Virus record (IMG/VR): IMGVR_UViG_3300025389_000118
Location: 1 to 24,381 of that record
DNA length: 24,381 nucleotides
Source: a virus
Lineage: Duplodnaviria; Caudoviricetes
Strand: one strand, 5' to 3'
In this document: positions 17,306-24,381 of the stretch, in pieces
Layout of the letters: the number at the start of each line of letters is the position of its first letter
Position numbering within the stretch: the stretch's first letter is position 1
Made by a program: the position numbers and the translations under genes
The notes under the pieces: generated by a model
Told to the model about the DNA's origin: nothing
Seen by the model: the letters and a program-made list of their open reading frames with translations, nothing else
Database searches by the model: none

Positions 17306-17670
17306 AACCGTCCGACGTCATTACAGCCGATTCTCAGAATCGGAACTTAGACCCTAAAAAGGTCATGGGAGCCGCCCAAGTAGCAATCAAAAAGGGCGGC
17401 AAATTATTTCATCACGGTAAAACGTCACTGCTTTTGGAAAAGCTAAGTGATGGCGATTATTCAACTCATTTGTTTACCCAAGATTCTCCAGTTCTATTAG
17501 CTAGAGCTTTGGCTTTGTTTTTTAGAAAGATGGAGAAGAGTGACATTCGCATCATTTATGGTGATGCCACTGGGCCTATGCTTAATTTGCTCAGACGAGT
17601 AGCAAGACAAGTTGGTGCTCCTATCAAGGATTCTGACCGTCATGGTTTTACATGGATGATTAAATTATGA
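17302..17670 (+). CDS. Hypothetical protein between the nozzle and ejection genes
   Basis: TTG start overlapping the upstream TGA, with GGGAG SD. The position resembles T7 gp13/P22 gp14 assembly factors (inference only). Confidence 0.65.
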   Translation: MKPSDVITADSQNRNLDPKKVMGAAQVAIKKGGKLFHHGKTSLLLEKLSDGDYSTHLFTQDSPVLLARALALFFRKMEKSDIRIIYGDATGPMLNLLRRVARQVGAPIKDSDRHGFTWMIKL

Positions 17671-19256
17671 GCAATTATTCAGGCTTTGGCGGCTTACAAA
17701 CACAAAACACTGGTGCTCAACTTCATTCACCGAATATTGAGCCAAATGACATTTTGCCTTGCGGACAAGCAACGCCACACTATGGTGGTGGTGGTAGTTT
17801 ACTGAGTGCGGCTCTTGATATTGCTACTGACGGTGCCAGTAGTTTTTTATGCGTATTTGAAGATGCGGCTTGTGCAATCTGTGCAATTTGCGCAATTGAT
17901 AGTTCCGCATGTGTCATTTGTTCTGCATCATGTGTTGCGTGTTCTCTTTCTTGTGCAAGTTGTGCATGCTGTTCTACCTGTTGCACTAGTTGCTGTTCTT
18001 GCACATCTTGCTCTTGTTGCACAAGTTGCTGTGCATGCTCATGTTGTGCTTGTTCATGCTGTGCATGTACTTGTTGTACAAATTGCTGTGGATGTTGCGC
18101 ATGTGACTGCTGTGCATGTTGCGCATGTTGCACTTCTTGCTGTACCTGCTGTACTTGCTGTACTTGCTGTGCTTGCTGTACTGATTGTTGCACTTGCTGT
18201 ACATGTTGTTGCTGTACATGCGACTGCTGTGCTTGCTGTTGCGCTTGTGATTGTTGTGCTTGTTGTTGCGTTTGCGACTGCTGTGACACATGTTGCTGTG
18301 CTTGCTGTTGCTGTTGTTCTTCCAAAAGCAAGGGCCACAAAGGTGGCAAATGCAATAAGGGCGGCAACAAATGCACTAGCAAAGGCTGTAAAACAGGTTC
18401 TGGCGGTGCAGGTGGAGGTGGCGGCCAAGGTGGCTTATGCGGTCAAGCTTCAGCATTAGTTGGACACGGTGGCAATTACGGAATTGACACTGAAAAAGGC
18501 TTAACTCAAATGGGTGGTGGTTTGGGTGCAAACCCCAATATGGGTATGGGTGAAGGAGAAATGCTTGCTAAAGGTGGTCTTGCTAACTTTGCCAAAGGTG
18601 GATCAAGCAAAGATTGCTGTACTGATTGTAAATGTTGGGTGAAGACATTGAACAAGGGTTTGAAATGTGCTGAACCTGATTTCAAGTGTTCTGCATGCAC
18701 CATGCTGAGAAGCCAAACCAATGCAAATTTGGGCAATATTACTCTGCACTCTTTGAGACAGATGAAGTGTGGAATCACGGGTAGTGCTGAAGGTGGATTA
18801 GCGCATGCCTATAAGGCGGCGGCTCCTAAAGGGCACAATCCTGAGTTCATCACTGGCGTGACAGGCTACTACGCTTGTGGTGGCGGTACAGGCCAATCTG
18901 ACGACATTCCTGCGATGCTTCATGACGGTGACTACGTTATGGATGCTGAAACCGTATCGGCTCTTGGAGACGGTTCTAGCAAGGCGGGCATGCATGTCTT
19001 GGAAGGCTTCCGTAAACAGCTACCACACAAAGAAACAGTTGGGTCTAATCCTGTGCCTGCAAAGATCGCTGATGGGGAGTATGTTTTCCCTGCGGCGTTT
19101 GTCACGGCACTAGGAGGAGGGGATAATAAGAAAGGTTCAGAAATTCTTGATGGATTGCGTAAGAAATTACGAGATCACAAGCGTTCTGCACCTTTGGATT
19201 CAATCCCACCAAAGGCAAAGACCCCAATTGACTACATCAAAAAGGGAAAGAAATAA
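17667..19256 (+). CDS. Putative internal virion/ejection protein with an extreme poly-cysteine tract and a duplicated SDDIPAML..GDYV-type domain
   Basis: One ORF coupled at both ends (ATGA; TAAATG). About 83 Cys in residues 62-217. C-terminal GTGQSDDIPAMLHDGDYVMDAETVSALGDGS and VPAKIADGEYVFPAAFVTALGGG. Confidence 0.8.
   Translation: MSNYSGFGGLQTQNTGAQLHSPNIEPNDILPCGQATPHYGGGGSLLSAALDIATDGASSFLCVFEDAACAICAICAIDSSACVICSASCVACSLSCASCACCSTCCTSCCSCTSCSCCTSCCACSCCACSCCACTCCTNCCGCCACDCCACCACCTSCCTCCTCCTCCACCTDCCTCCTCCCCTCDCCACCCACDCCACCCVCDCCDTCCCACCCCCSSKSKGHKGGKCNKGGNKCTSKGCKTGSGGAGGGGGQGGLCGQASALVGHGGNYGIDTEKGLTQMGGGLGANPNMGMGEGEMLAKGGLANFAKGGSSKDCCTDCKCWVKTLNKGLKCAEPDFKCSACTMLRSQTNANLGNITLHSLRQMKCGITGSAEGGLAHAYKAAAPKGHNPEFITGVTGYYACGGGTGQSDDIPAMLHDGDYVMDAETVSALGDGSSKAGMHVLEGFRKQLPHKETVGSNPVPAKIADGEYVFPAAFVTALGGGDNKKGSEILDGLRKKLRDHKRSAPLDSIPPKAKTPIDYIKKGKK
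17850..18317 (+). repeat. Low-complexity (TGY)n-based coding repeat (Cys-rich tract)
   Basis: Imperfect TGC/TGT codon arrays interspersed with GCN/ACN/TCN/GAY codons. Confidence 0.9.
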
Positions 19257-20432
19257 ATGGCTAACTTACTCCAATCATCCCAAACAAAGTCAACGTGCGC
19301 ACCTTCGTACTACACGAACTACCTTCAACAGTTAGCAACGTGTGGTCAAGCGGCTGAGAAATGCGCTCAGTTTGTAGGTGCCACGCCTTTACAGCAACAG
19401 GCTTTTTGTAGTATTTCTCAAACTGCAGGAGCACAACAGCCCACGTTCCAAACTGGAATGGGTTACATTGGTTGCGCGGCTCAGTCAGGCAGTAAGATCG
19501 GTGCGACGGTTAATCCTTATTTGAGTGCGGCAACTAATGCAAGCCCACTTTGTGCGGCTAAACCATTAATTTGCCAATCACGCGGTTTGAATTTGGGACA
19601 AGTGGCTCAATGCTACATGAACCCATTCATTCAAAATCAAGTGCAGAATATGTCTGACATTGCTCAGAGAAATATTCAGCAGAACTTATCTCCACAAGCC
19701 ACAGCAGCCATTGTGGGTTCAGGTCAGTTTGGTTCACAGCGTGGCGCTCAAGCTTTGGGTCAAGTTGCGGCGAATGCAGAGCAATGTCTTAGCGCAAACA
19801 TTGGCAAGATGTTGACCTGTGGATATGGCCAAGCACTAAGTGCGGCAGGTCAAAAAGAGAGCGCATTGGGTCAATTGGCAGGAACTACAGAGCAAGCACA
19901 AGCGGCTCAGAATCAAGCTCAATTGCAAGCGGCACAAACTGCGGCATGCGCACAGTCAAGGCAAGCGGCGGCACAGCAAGCGGCAGGTCTTGGCATGGGT
20001 ACGTTGGGTACTCAAGCGGCCGCTCAAAATTTAGCATGTATCAATGCTTTGGCTACGTTAGGCGCTCAGTGCCAACAGATCAAACAGAATGCTCAATGCT
20101 ACGACTTCACAAAACTAGCAAAAGAAGCCAGTTTGATGCAAGGACAAGCCATTCCCACATCGGTTAAGACAACCCTGTGCATGTCGCCTTTATCTGCGCT
20201 AGGCGCGGCGGGTGCGGCGGCGAAAGCATCTGGATTAACATGTTATCTCAGTAAAAAATTAGGATGTGTTTTTAAAGGTGCATCATGTACTAAATGTTGT
20301 GGAAGTGCTGTGAACATGTGTAATTACAGCATGGGATGCGCATCAGGTGGTTTAGTTAAAGCACGATCAGGAGGAGCGATAGGTTGTGCGTCAACTCGTA
20401 ATCTTGGCGCGTTGCCTGCAAGGAGAAAATAA
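19257..20432 (+). CDS. Putative DNA-ejection (internal virion) protein, Q/A-rich and Cys-enriched
   Basis: YMNPF...GQFGSQRG and Q/A-rich helices are typical of podovirus DNA-transfer proteins; about 23 Cys. Confidence 0.7.
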   Translation: MANLLQSSQTKSTCAPSYYTNYLQQLATCGQAAEKCAQFVGATPLQQQAFCSISQTAGAQQPTFQTGMGYIGCAAQSGSKIGATVNPYLSAATNASPLCAAKPLICQSRGLNLGQVAQCYMNPFIQNQVQNMSDIAQRNIQQNLSPQATAAIVGSGQFGSQRGAQALGQVAANAEQCLSANIGKMLTCGYGQALSAAGQKESALGQLAGTTEQAQAAQNQAQLQAAQTAACAQSRQAAAQQAAGLGMGTLGTQAAAQNLACINALATLGAQCQQIKQNAQCYDFTKLAKEASLMQGQAIPTSVKTTLCMSPLSALGAAGAAAKASGLTCYLSKKLGCVFKGASCTKCCGSAVNMCNYSMGCASGGLVKARSGGAIGCASTRNLGALPARRK

Positions 20433-22318
20433 TGGCAGATTCTGCAGACAAGCAAGACTATAGAGGCGTTTCTAGTGGTCTAGACATGGCTAAGTTGCCT
20501 TTGTATGGGCAAGATGATGAACGCCTACAAGAACTCCAAAAAGCCCAGAAAGAAGCCTTAGATGCCCTTCAGAAGCGTTACGACCAACCCAATTGGTGGA
20601 AGGTAGCCGCAGGGTTTGCAAAGCCTCAATTGGGCGGTTTCTTGGCTTCTGCAGGCAGTGCGGCAGAAGCGATGGGTGAGAACGTAGAAAACCAACGTGC
20701 TCAACAATTGCCTATTTCTCAGATGAAGTTGGCATTAGCACAATCCAATATGTTGTTGGGTGCCAATAAAAAGGTTGCTGATCAGGTTAAAGCGTGGAGG
20801 GATACGCACCCCAATGAAACTCCTTCTGCGCAACAAGTCGGTGAGTGGGAAGCTATGGCCCCAGGAAGTTCTGTTGTCGCCTCCTTAAAGAACGAACTCA
20901 AATTCAAACAAGAACAACAAGGTGTTGATGTTCAAGCTCAACAAGCACAGATTGCCTCACAACAAGCCGCAATTGCCAAGGCTAATGCTAAACGTGCCGC
21001 TAATATTCCTTTGAGTGCGGAAGATATAGCTGTATTGAGCGCTCCTACGCCGAGCATGACGCAAAAGGAAAAGGTTCCTACCGTCAACAATCCAAATGTT
21101 GCGGCGCCTGCTCAACCGAGCGCTGAAGAAAAGCCCAAGGCTGAGACAAAATCTAAAAATGTCTATATTACGCCTGACGGAGCTCGTGTTACTGAAGACT
21201 TATATAAAGACTTCTATAAAAATGGCAAAGCTTCTATACCAATTATTAGCAATCTTCGTTCTCCAGAAGAGCAAGAAGCTCTCAAAGATCATCAAGATGA
21301 AAATGGTAAGTGGTACACCAAAGAAGGTAGACCAGTATCTGAAACTAGCAAGCACTTAACTGGTGATGCTATTGATCTTGATCCTAGCAAGCCATTGAAC
21401 AAAGACCAGATTGGAATGTTGAAGTCCAAGGGTTGGAATCAAACTGATCCTAAGAATGATCCTAATCATTGGGAGCGTACTCCTCATGCTGAGACTGAAC
21501 AGCCTGCTCCTCAAGCTAAGCCTACTGCCAGCGCAGAATCACAAAAATTAAATTATCCGCCTACTTTGTCTATTCCAAATACAGCAGGTTTGGGTGATGC
21601 TGATCGTCAAATGATTATGGAAGCTCACAAGAAAAATGTTGATGCAACCGAATCTCCCAATGTTCAGACAATTCAAAATTATCAACCTCTTGTAACTGGT
21701 TCAAATTACGGAACTATCAGTGATAATTACAACTCCGCTTTAAAACTTATTCACGATAATCCAAAATTGTCGCAACAAGTTTTTGCCATGATGCGTAAAT
21801 ATGGAATGGAAGCGGCATTGAACGAAGGTGTTGGTTTCCATGCAGGCGCATTGAACGCCAATGTAAGTTTGCCGATTGCCGCATTCAAAGATGCTGAACG
21901 TCGTGAAGAAGTTAAAGCTTTTGCTGATGAGTTGTTCAGAAAGCTTGCTGTCTTGGCCGCCGCAAATGCTAAATCCAATGGTGCAGATTTAAGCAAAACT
22001 CCAGTAACTGAGTACATGAGTGCCATGTCTCAATTTGCCAATAAGAACATGACTTCTATGGCCGCAGAGCATGCGTTAAATTTAAGTCGTGCAGAATTTG
22101 AGCATAAAAAGAAAGTTTATGATCAAGTTTTAAAAGAACTCCCTCGTGTTGATACCAGTAAAACACAAACGCCTTACACTGATATCATGCAAAATTCTCC
22201 AGAATTACAAAAAATTCATAAAGTTCATGCAGGCGTATTGTCTAAGTATGAAAATGATTTCAATAAAAGAATTCAAGCGGCAAGAAATAAAGGCAATGTT
22301 GAGGAGAGTAAACCATGA
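20432..22318 (+). CDS. Putative ejection protein with an internal M15-type Zn peptidase (peptidoglycan hydrolase) domain
   Basis: ISNLRSPEEQ...SKHLTGDAIDL...DPNHWE matches the R...SxHxxGxAxD...H pattern of peptidase M15; the rest is helical. Confidence 0.75.
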   Translation: MADSADKQDYRGVSSGLDMAKLPLYGQDDERLQELQKAQKEALDALQKRYDQPNWWKVAAGFAKPQLGGFLASAGSAAEAMGENVENQRAQQLPISQMKLALAQSNMLLGANKKVADQVKAWRDTHPNETPSAQQVGEWEAMAPGSSVVASLKNELKFKQEQQGVDVQAQQAQIASQQAAIAKANAKRAANIPLSAEDIAVLSAPTPSMTQKEKVPTVNNPNVAAPAQPSAEEKPKAETKSKNVYITPDGARVTEDLYKDFYKNGKASIPIISNLRSPEEQEALKDHQDENGKWYTKEGRPVSETSKHLTGDAIDLDPSKPLNKDQIGMLKSKGWNQTDPKNDPNHWERTPHAETEQPAPQAKPTASAESQKLNYPPTLSIPNTAGLGDADRQMIMEAHKKNVDATESPNVQTIQNYQPLVTGSNYGTISDNYNSALKLIHDNPKLSQQVFAMMRKYGMEAALNEGVGFHAGALNANVSLPIAAFKDAERREEVKAFADELFRKLAVLAAANAKSNGADLSKTPVTEYMSAMSQFANKNMTSMAAEHALNLSRAEFEHKKKVYDQVLKELPRVDTSKTQTPYTDIMQNSPELQKIHKVHAGVLSKYENDFNKRIQAARNKGNVEESKP

Positions 22319-23532
22319 CTCAATTGACTGATGATCAAAAAGTGCAACAAGAAATTGATAATTATTTCAAAGAGCATGGACAAAATGATGAGCACAAGGA
22401 CAATGTAGATAAAGAAGTTGATAAGTATTTTCAAGAACATCATGAAACATCTCCTGAAGGAAGTGGAAATGTTTATGAAAATTCATTGCTAGAGCCTAGT
22501 GCTGATGAAATTGCTCAACAAAAAAAAGATGAAAAAGCGCCTGATTACCTTGCTCCTGCGGGCGGTGTAGCAGGTGGTTATGCCGCTTACAAGGGTTTTG
22601 GCACTAAGTTGTTAAAGCCAAGTGAAGGCGTATTCAAGCCTGCACCTGTAAGTCCAGTTGCACCAGTTGCACCTGCGGCGCCTTCTGCGGCTCCTTCTAA
22701 TGTGCGAATCGAACCACACATGGAAGGGCCTGTATCTGGTCTTGATCACATTGAGCCACCAAAACAGAATTTTGAATTAGATCCTGAATTTCAGTCTAGG
22801 GTTGACGAAGTTTTGCAAAGCCAACGTGGCAAAAATGAGCCCACAGGCAAGCAAATGCGTCAAGGCCATAACATGGAAGCCCAACGTGAAAAGTGGGCTC
22901 TTGAAGAGAATTTAGGGTTGCATGGAACAGGTGCAAAACAAGAGATCACTAAATTTGGAACTGCTTTCCCGCTTGAAAGCGGCCTTGTCACGACCGAACA
23001 TACTGCGCGAGAGATAGAAGAAGAAAAGGCCAGAATGGCTGAAGCTCAAGCTAAAGAAAGAGCTAGACAACAGGTTTTGAGAGAGAAAGCTGAAGAGAAC
23101 AGAAAAGCTCTAGAGAAGCAAAAGCAAGATGCTTTGAAACAGCAAGCCTTAGAAAGAGAAGCCGCAGAGAAAGAAGCCGCCGCCAAAAAGGCCGCCGCTG
23201 ACAAGCTTGCACAGGAAGAAGCTCAAAAGGTTGCTCAACAGAAGGCTGAAAAAGAAGCCGCTCGCAGAGGCTTAGAAAAAGGTGTTGCTAAAGTTGCTAC
23301 TGGCGCTTTAGGTGGCGCTTTGGCCGCGCCTGATTTCTGGAATTTTTACCAAGAGTACAAGAAGAATGGTATGACTGATGAAGCTATTACTAAGATGTTG
23401 CAAGGCGTAGGTGGTGCCGCTATGGCTATTCCTACGCCCTACACGGAATTAGGGGGAGCCGCTTTGAATCTTGGCGCCCCCTATCTTGTCAAGCATTTTG
23501 GCCCGCATAATAAACCTAGAGCTGATCAGTGA
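22315..23532 (+). CDS. Putative internal virion protein, E/K/A coiled coil with a Gly/Ala-rich C-terminus
   Basis: GAGGAG SD; ATGA overlap; last gene of the + strand block. Confidence 0.75.
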   Translation: MTQLTDDQKVQQEIDNYFKEHGQNDEHKDNVDKEVDKYFQEHHETSPEGSGNVYENSLLEPSADEIAQQKKDEKAPDYLAPAGGVAGGYAAYKGFGTKLLKPSEGVFKPAPVSPVAPVAPAAPSAAPSNVRIEPHMEGPVSGLDHIEPPKQNFELDPEFQSRVDEVLQSQRGKNEPTGKQMRQGHNMEAQREKWALEENLGLHGTGAKQEITKFGTAFPLESGLVTTEHTAREIEEEKARMAEAQAKERARQQVLREKAEENRKALEKQKQDALKQQALEREAAEKEAAAKKAAADKLAQEEAQKVAQQKAEKEAARRGLEKGVAKVATGALGGALAAPDFWNFYQEYKKNGMTDEAITKMLQGVGGAAMAIPTPYTELGGAALNLGAPYLVKHFGPHNKPRADQ

Positions 23533-23591
23533 CGGGACATAAACTCCATTAACAGCATCGCAAAAGACATCCAAAGAACGAACCGAATCAT
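23526..23591 (-). CDS. Candidate 21-aa hydrophobic mini-protein
   Basis: MIRFVLWMSFAMLLMEFMSRH; its ATG overlaps the stop of the upstream - strand gene (ATGA). Confidence 0.4.
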   Translation of the reverse strand: MIRFVLWMSFAMLLMEFMSRH

Positions 23592-23806
23592 TTTCGGTTC
23601 ATCACTTCTTCAATCTTGTCGGCCACCAAAGAGTTGTAAGCTCTGGCGACTTCGATGCATGCTTCGCGCTCCTTCATGATGATGTCAATTTTGGCTCTAT
23701 CAATGAAGGCGTTGGCAAGCTTTACCAAATCGTCTTCAAGAAAGTTGTAGTTGTCCTCAAGTTGTACTTCGTGGAACACGCGGTTGATTTCTTCTTTACT
23801 TAACAT
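23588..23806 (-). CDS. Small hypothetical phage protein
   Basis: The likely start is ATG 23806 (MLSKEEINRV), just after the exonuclease stop and with GGAG upstream. The EREAC motif is common in small phage proteins. Confidence 0.7.
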   Translation of the reverse strand: MLSKEEINRVFHEVQLEDNYNFLEDDLVKLANAFIDRAKIDIIMKEREACIEVARAYNSLVADKIEEVMNRK

Positions 23807-23807
23807 T

Positions 23808-24380
23808 TCATACTCCAAAGTCATTTTTAAGTTTCCAAAAACGCAATAGGCACTGAAACATTTCCCAACCCTTGCGGAGATCGGCTTCTGGCCATTCAAC
23901 AATGCGGATTAGCCCAGGGTTTGTTACTGACGCAAACACATTTGCGCAACGTGCATGCGGAAGCCCCAAACCGTGCCTGTAGGCCGCCAATTGCATCAAG
24001 TGCTCCTCATAGGCCACCACATCATCATCGGGCCCAAATTCCTTTGTTTTGGCGTCAATGACAATACCCACTGGCGCTGTCTCACTGGGGTCGCAGTGCA
24101 GGTCAACTTTACCGCCATATCCCAAGTTGGAGGCAAAGGATATCTCTGTTCTCCACTCTTGTAGCGGGTGTGTGCCAAAGTGATCGAAGACCTTTTCCTC
24201 AAAGGCTTTGGCGATGTCAACATGGTCTACGTCTTTGCGTCCTGAGTACCACTTTTCAATGGACTCGTGAACGCGTGTACCGCGCTCTGCGGCCTGTTTT
24301 CCCGTCTCCTTAGAGTCAGCTACTATCCGAGCAATAAAGTCCTTCTCAGACTCGTTTTGAGCCCTTGGAAGGGTAAGCGC
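23808..24380 (-). CDS. PD-(D/E)xK (RecB/Cas4-like) exonuclease, 5'-truncated by the window
   Basis: The frame is open to the window edge: ...AAERGTRVHESIE...TEISF...GYGGKVDL...IDAKTK...QLAAY..., i.e. the GT..H, E, D, DxK and QLxxY motifs. Confidence 0.88.
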   Translation of the reverse strand, partial: ALTLPRAQNESEKDFIARIVADSKETGKQAAERGTRVHESIEKWYSGRKDVDHVDIAKAFEEKVFDHFGTHPLQEWRTEISFASNLGYGGKVDLHCDPSETAPVGIVIDAKTKEFGPDDDVVAYEEHLMQLAAYRHGLGLPHARCANVFASVTNPGLIRIVEWPEADLRKGWEMFQCLLRFWKLKNDFGV

Positions 24381-24381
24381 G

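Noticed and set aside
17780-18459. Alternative ORFs over the Cys tract (17806-18459 + V/A/L-rich; 17780-18382 - Q-rich; 17986-18291 -; 18054-18428 -)
   Set aside because: These are shadows of a stop-poor TGY/GCN/ACN repeat. Third-position variation and gene coupling fit only the Cys frame.
17667-20432. Reassignment of TGY codons to another amino acid as the explanation for the Cys excess
   Set aside because: TGY encodes canonical Cys at lipoboxes and in the CDRC motif, and the excess is limited to particular genes rather than genome-wide.
23808-24380. Cas4 as part of a CRISPR system
   Set aside because: It is a stand-alone phage PD-(D/E)xK nuclease; there is no C-terminal Fe-S Cys cluster and no array or other cas genes in the window.
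1-24381. Stop-codon recoding (none of the called genes ends in TAG)
   Set aside because: Genes tile densely under the standard code with no in-frame TAG/TGA readthrough needed; low TAG use is common.

Overview
This is the late (virion and lysis) region of a tailed dsDNA phage, most likely podovirus-like and infecting a Gram-negative host (Rz/Rz1 spanins, GH19 endolysin). About 35 tightly coupled + strand genes run in this order: small basic proteins, a head-tail adaptor, tail fibres, a Gly-rich duplicated virion protein, a TIGR02466-like 2OG-Fe(II) oxygenase, an expanded membrane/lysis cassette, a second adaptor, a nozzle-like tail protein and putative internal/ejection proteins, one of which carries an M15 peptidase motif. 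These converge on a - strand block containing a PD-(D/E)xK exonuclease. The most unusual signal is a putative internal virion protein (17667-19256) with a 156-aa tract of about 83 Cys that appears selected at protein level. Cys is also enriched in two other virion genes, while neighbouring virion genes have essentially none. Other observations: strong avoidance of GCWGC, a recurrent x-[AKS]-[KES]-G-G motif, shared C-terminal Cys/Trp ends, a probable ATT start codon and an uncalled 21-aa hydrophobic ORF. All family assignments come from motif recognition by eye and all counts are by hand; no database searches were run.
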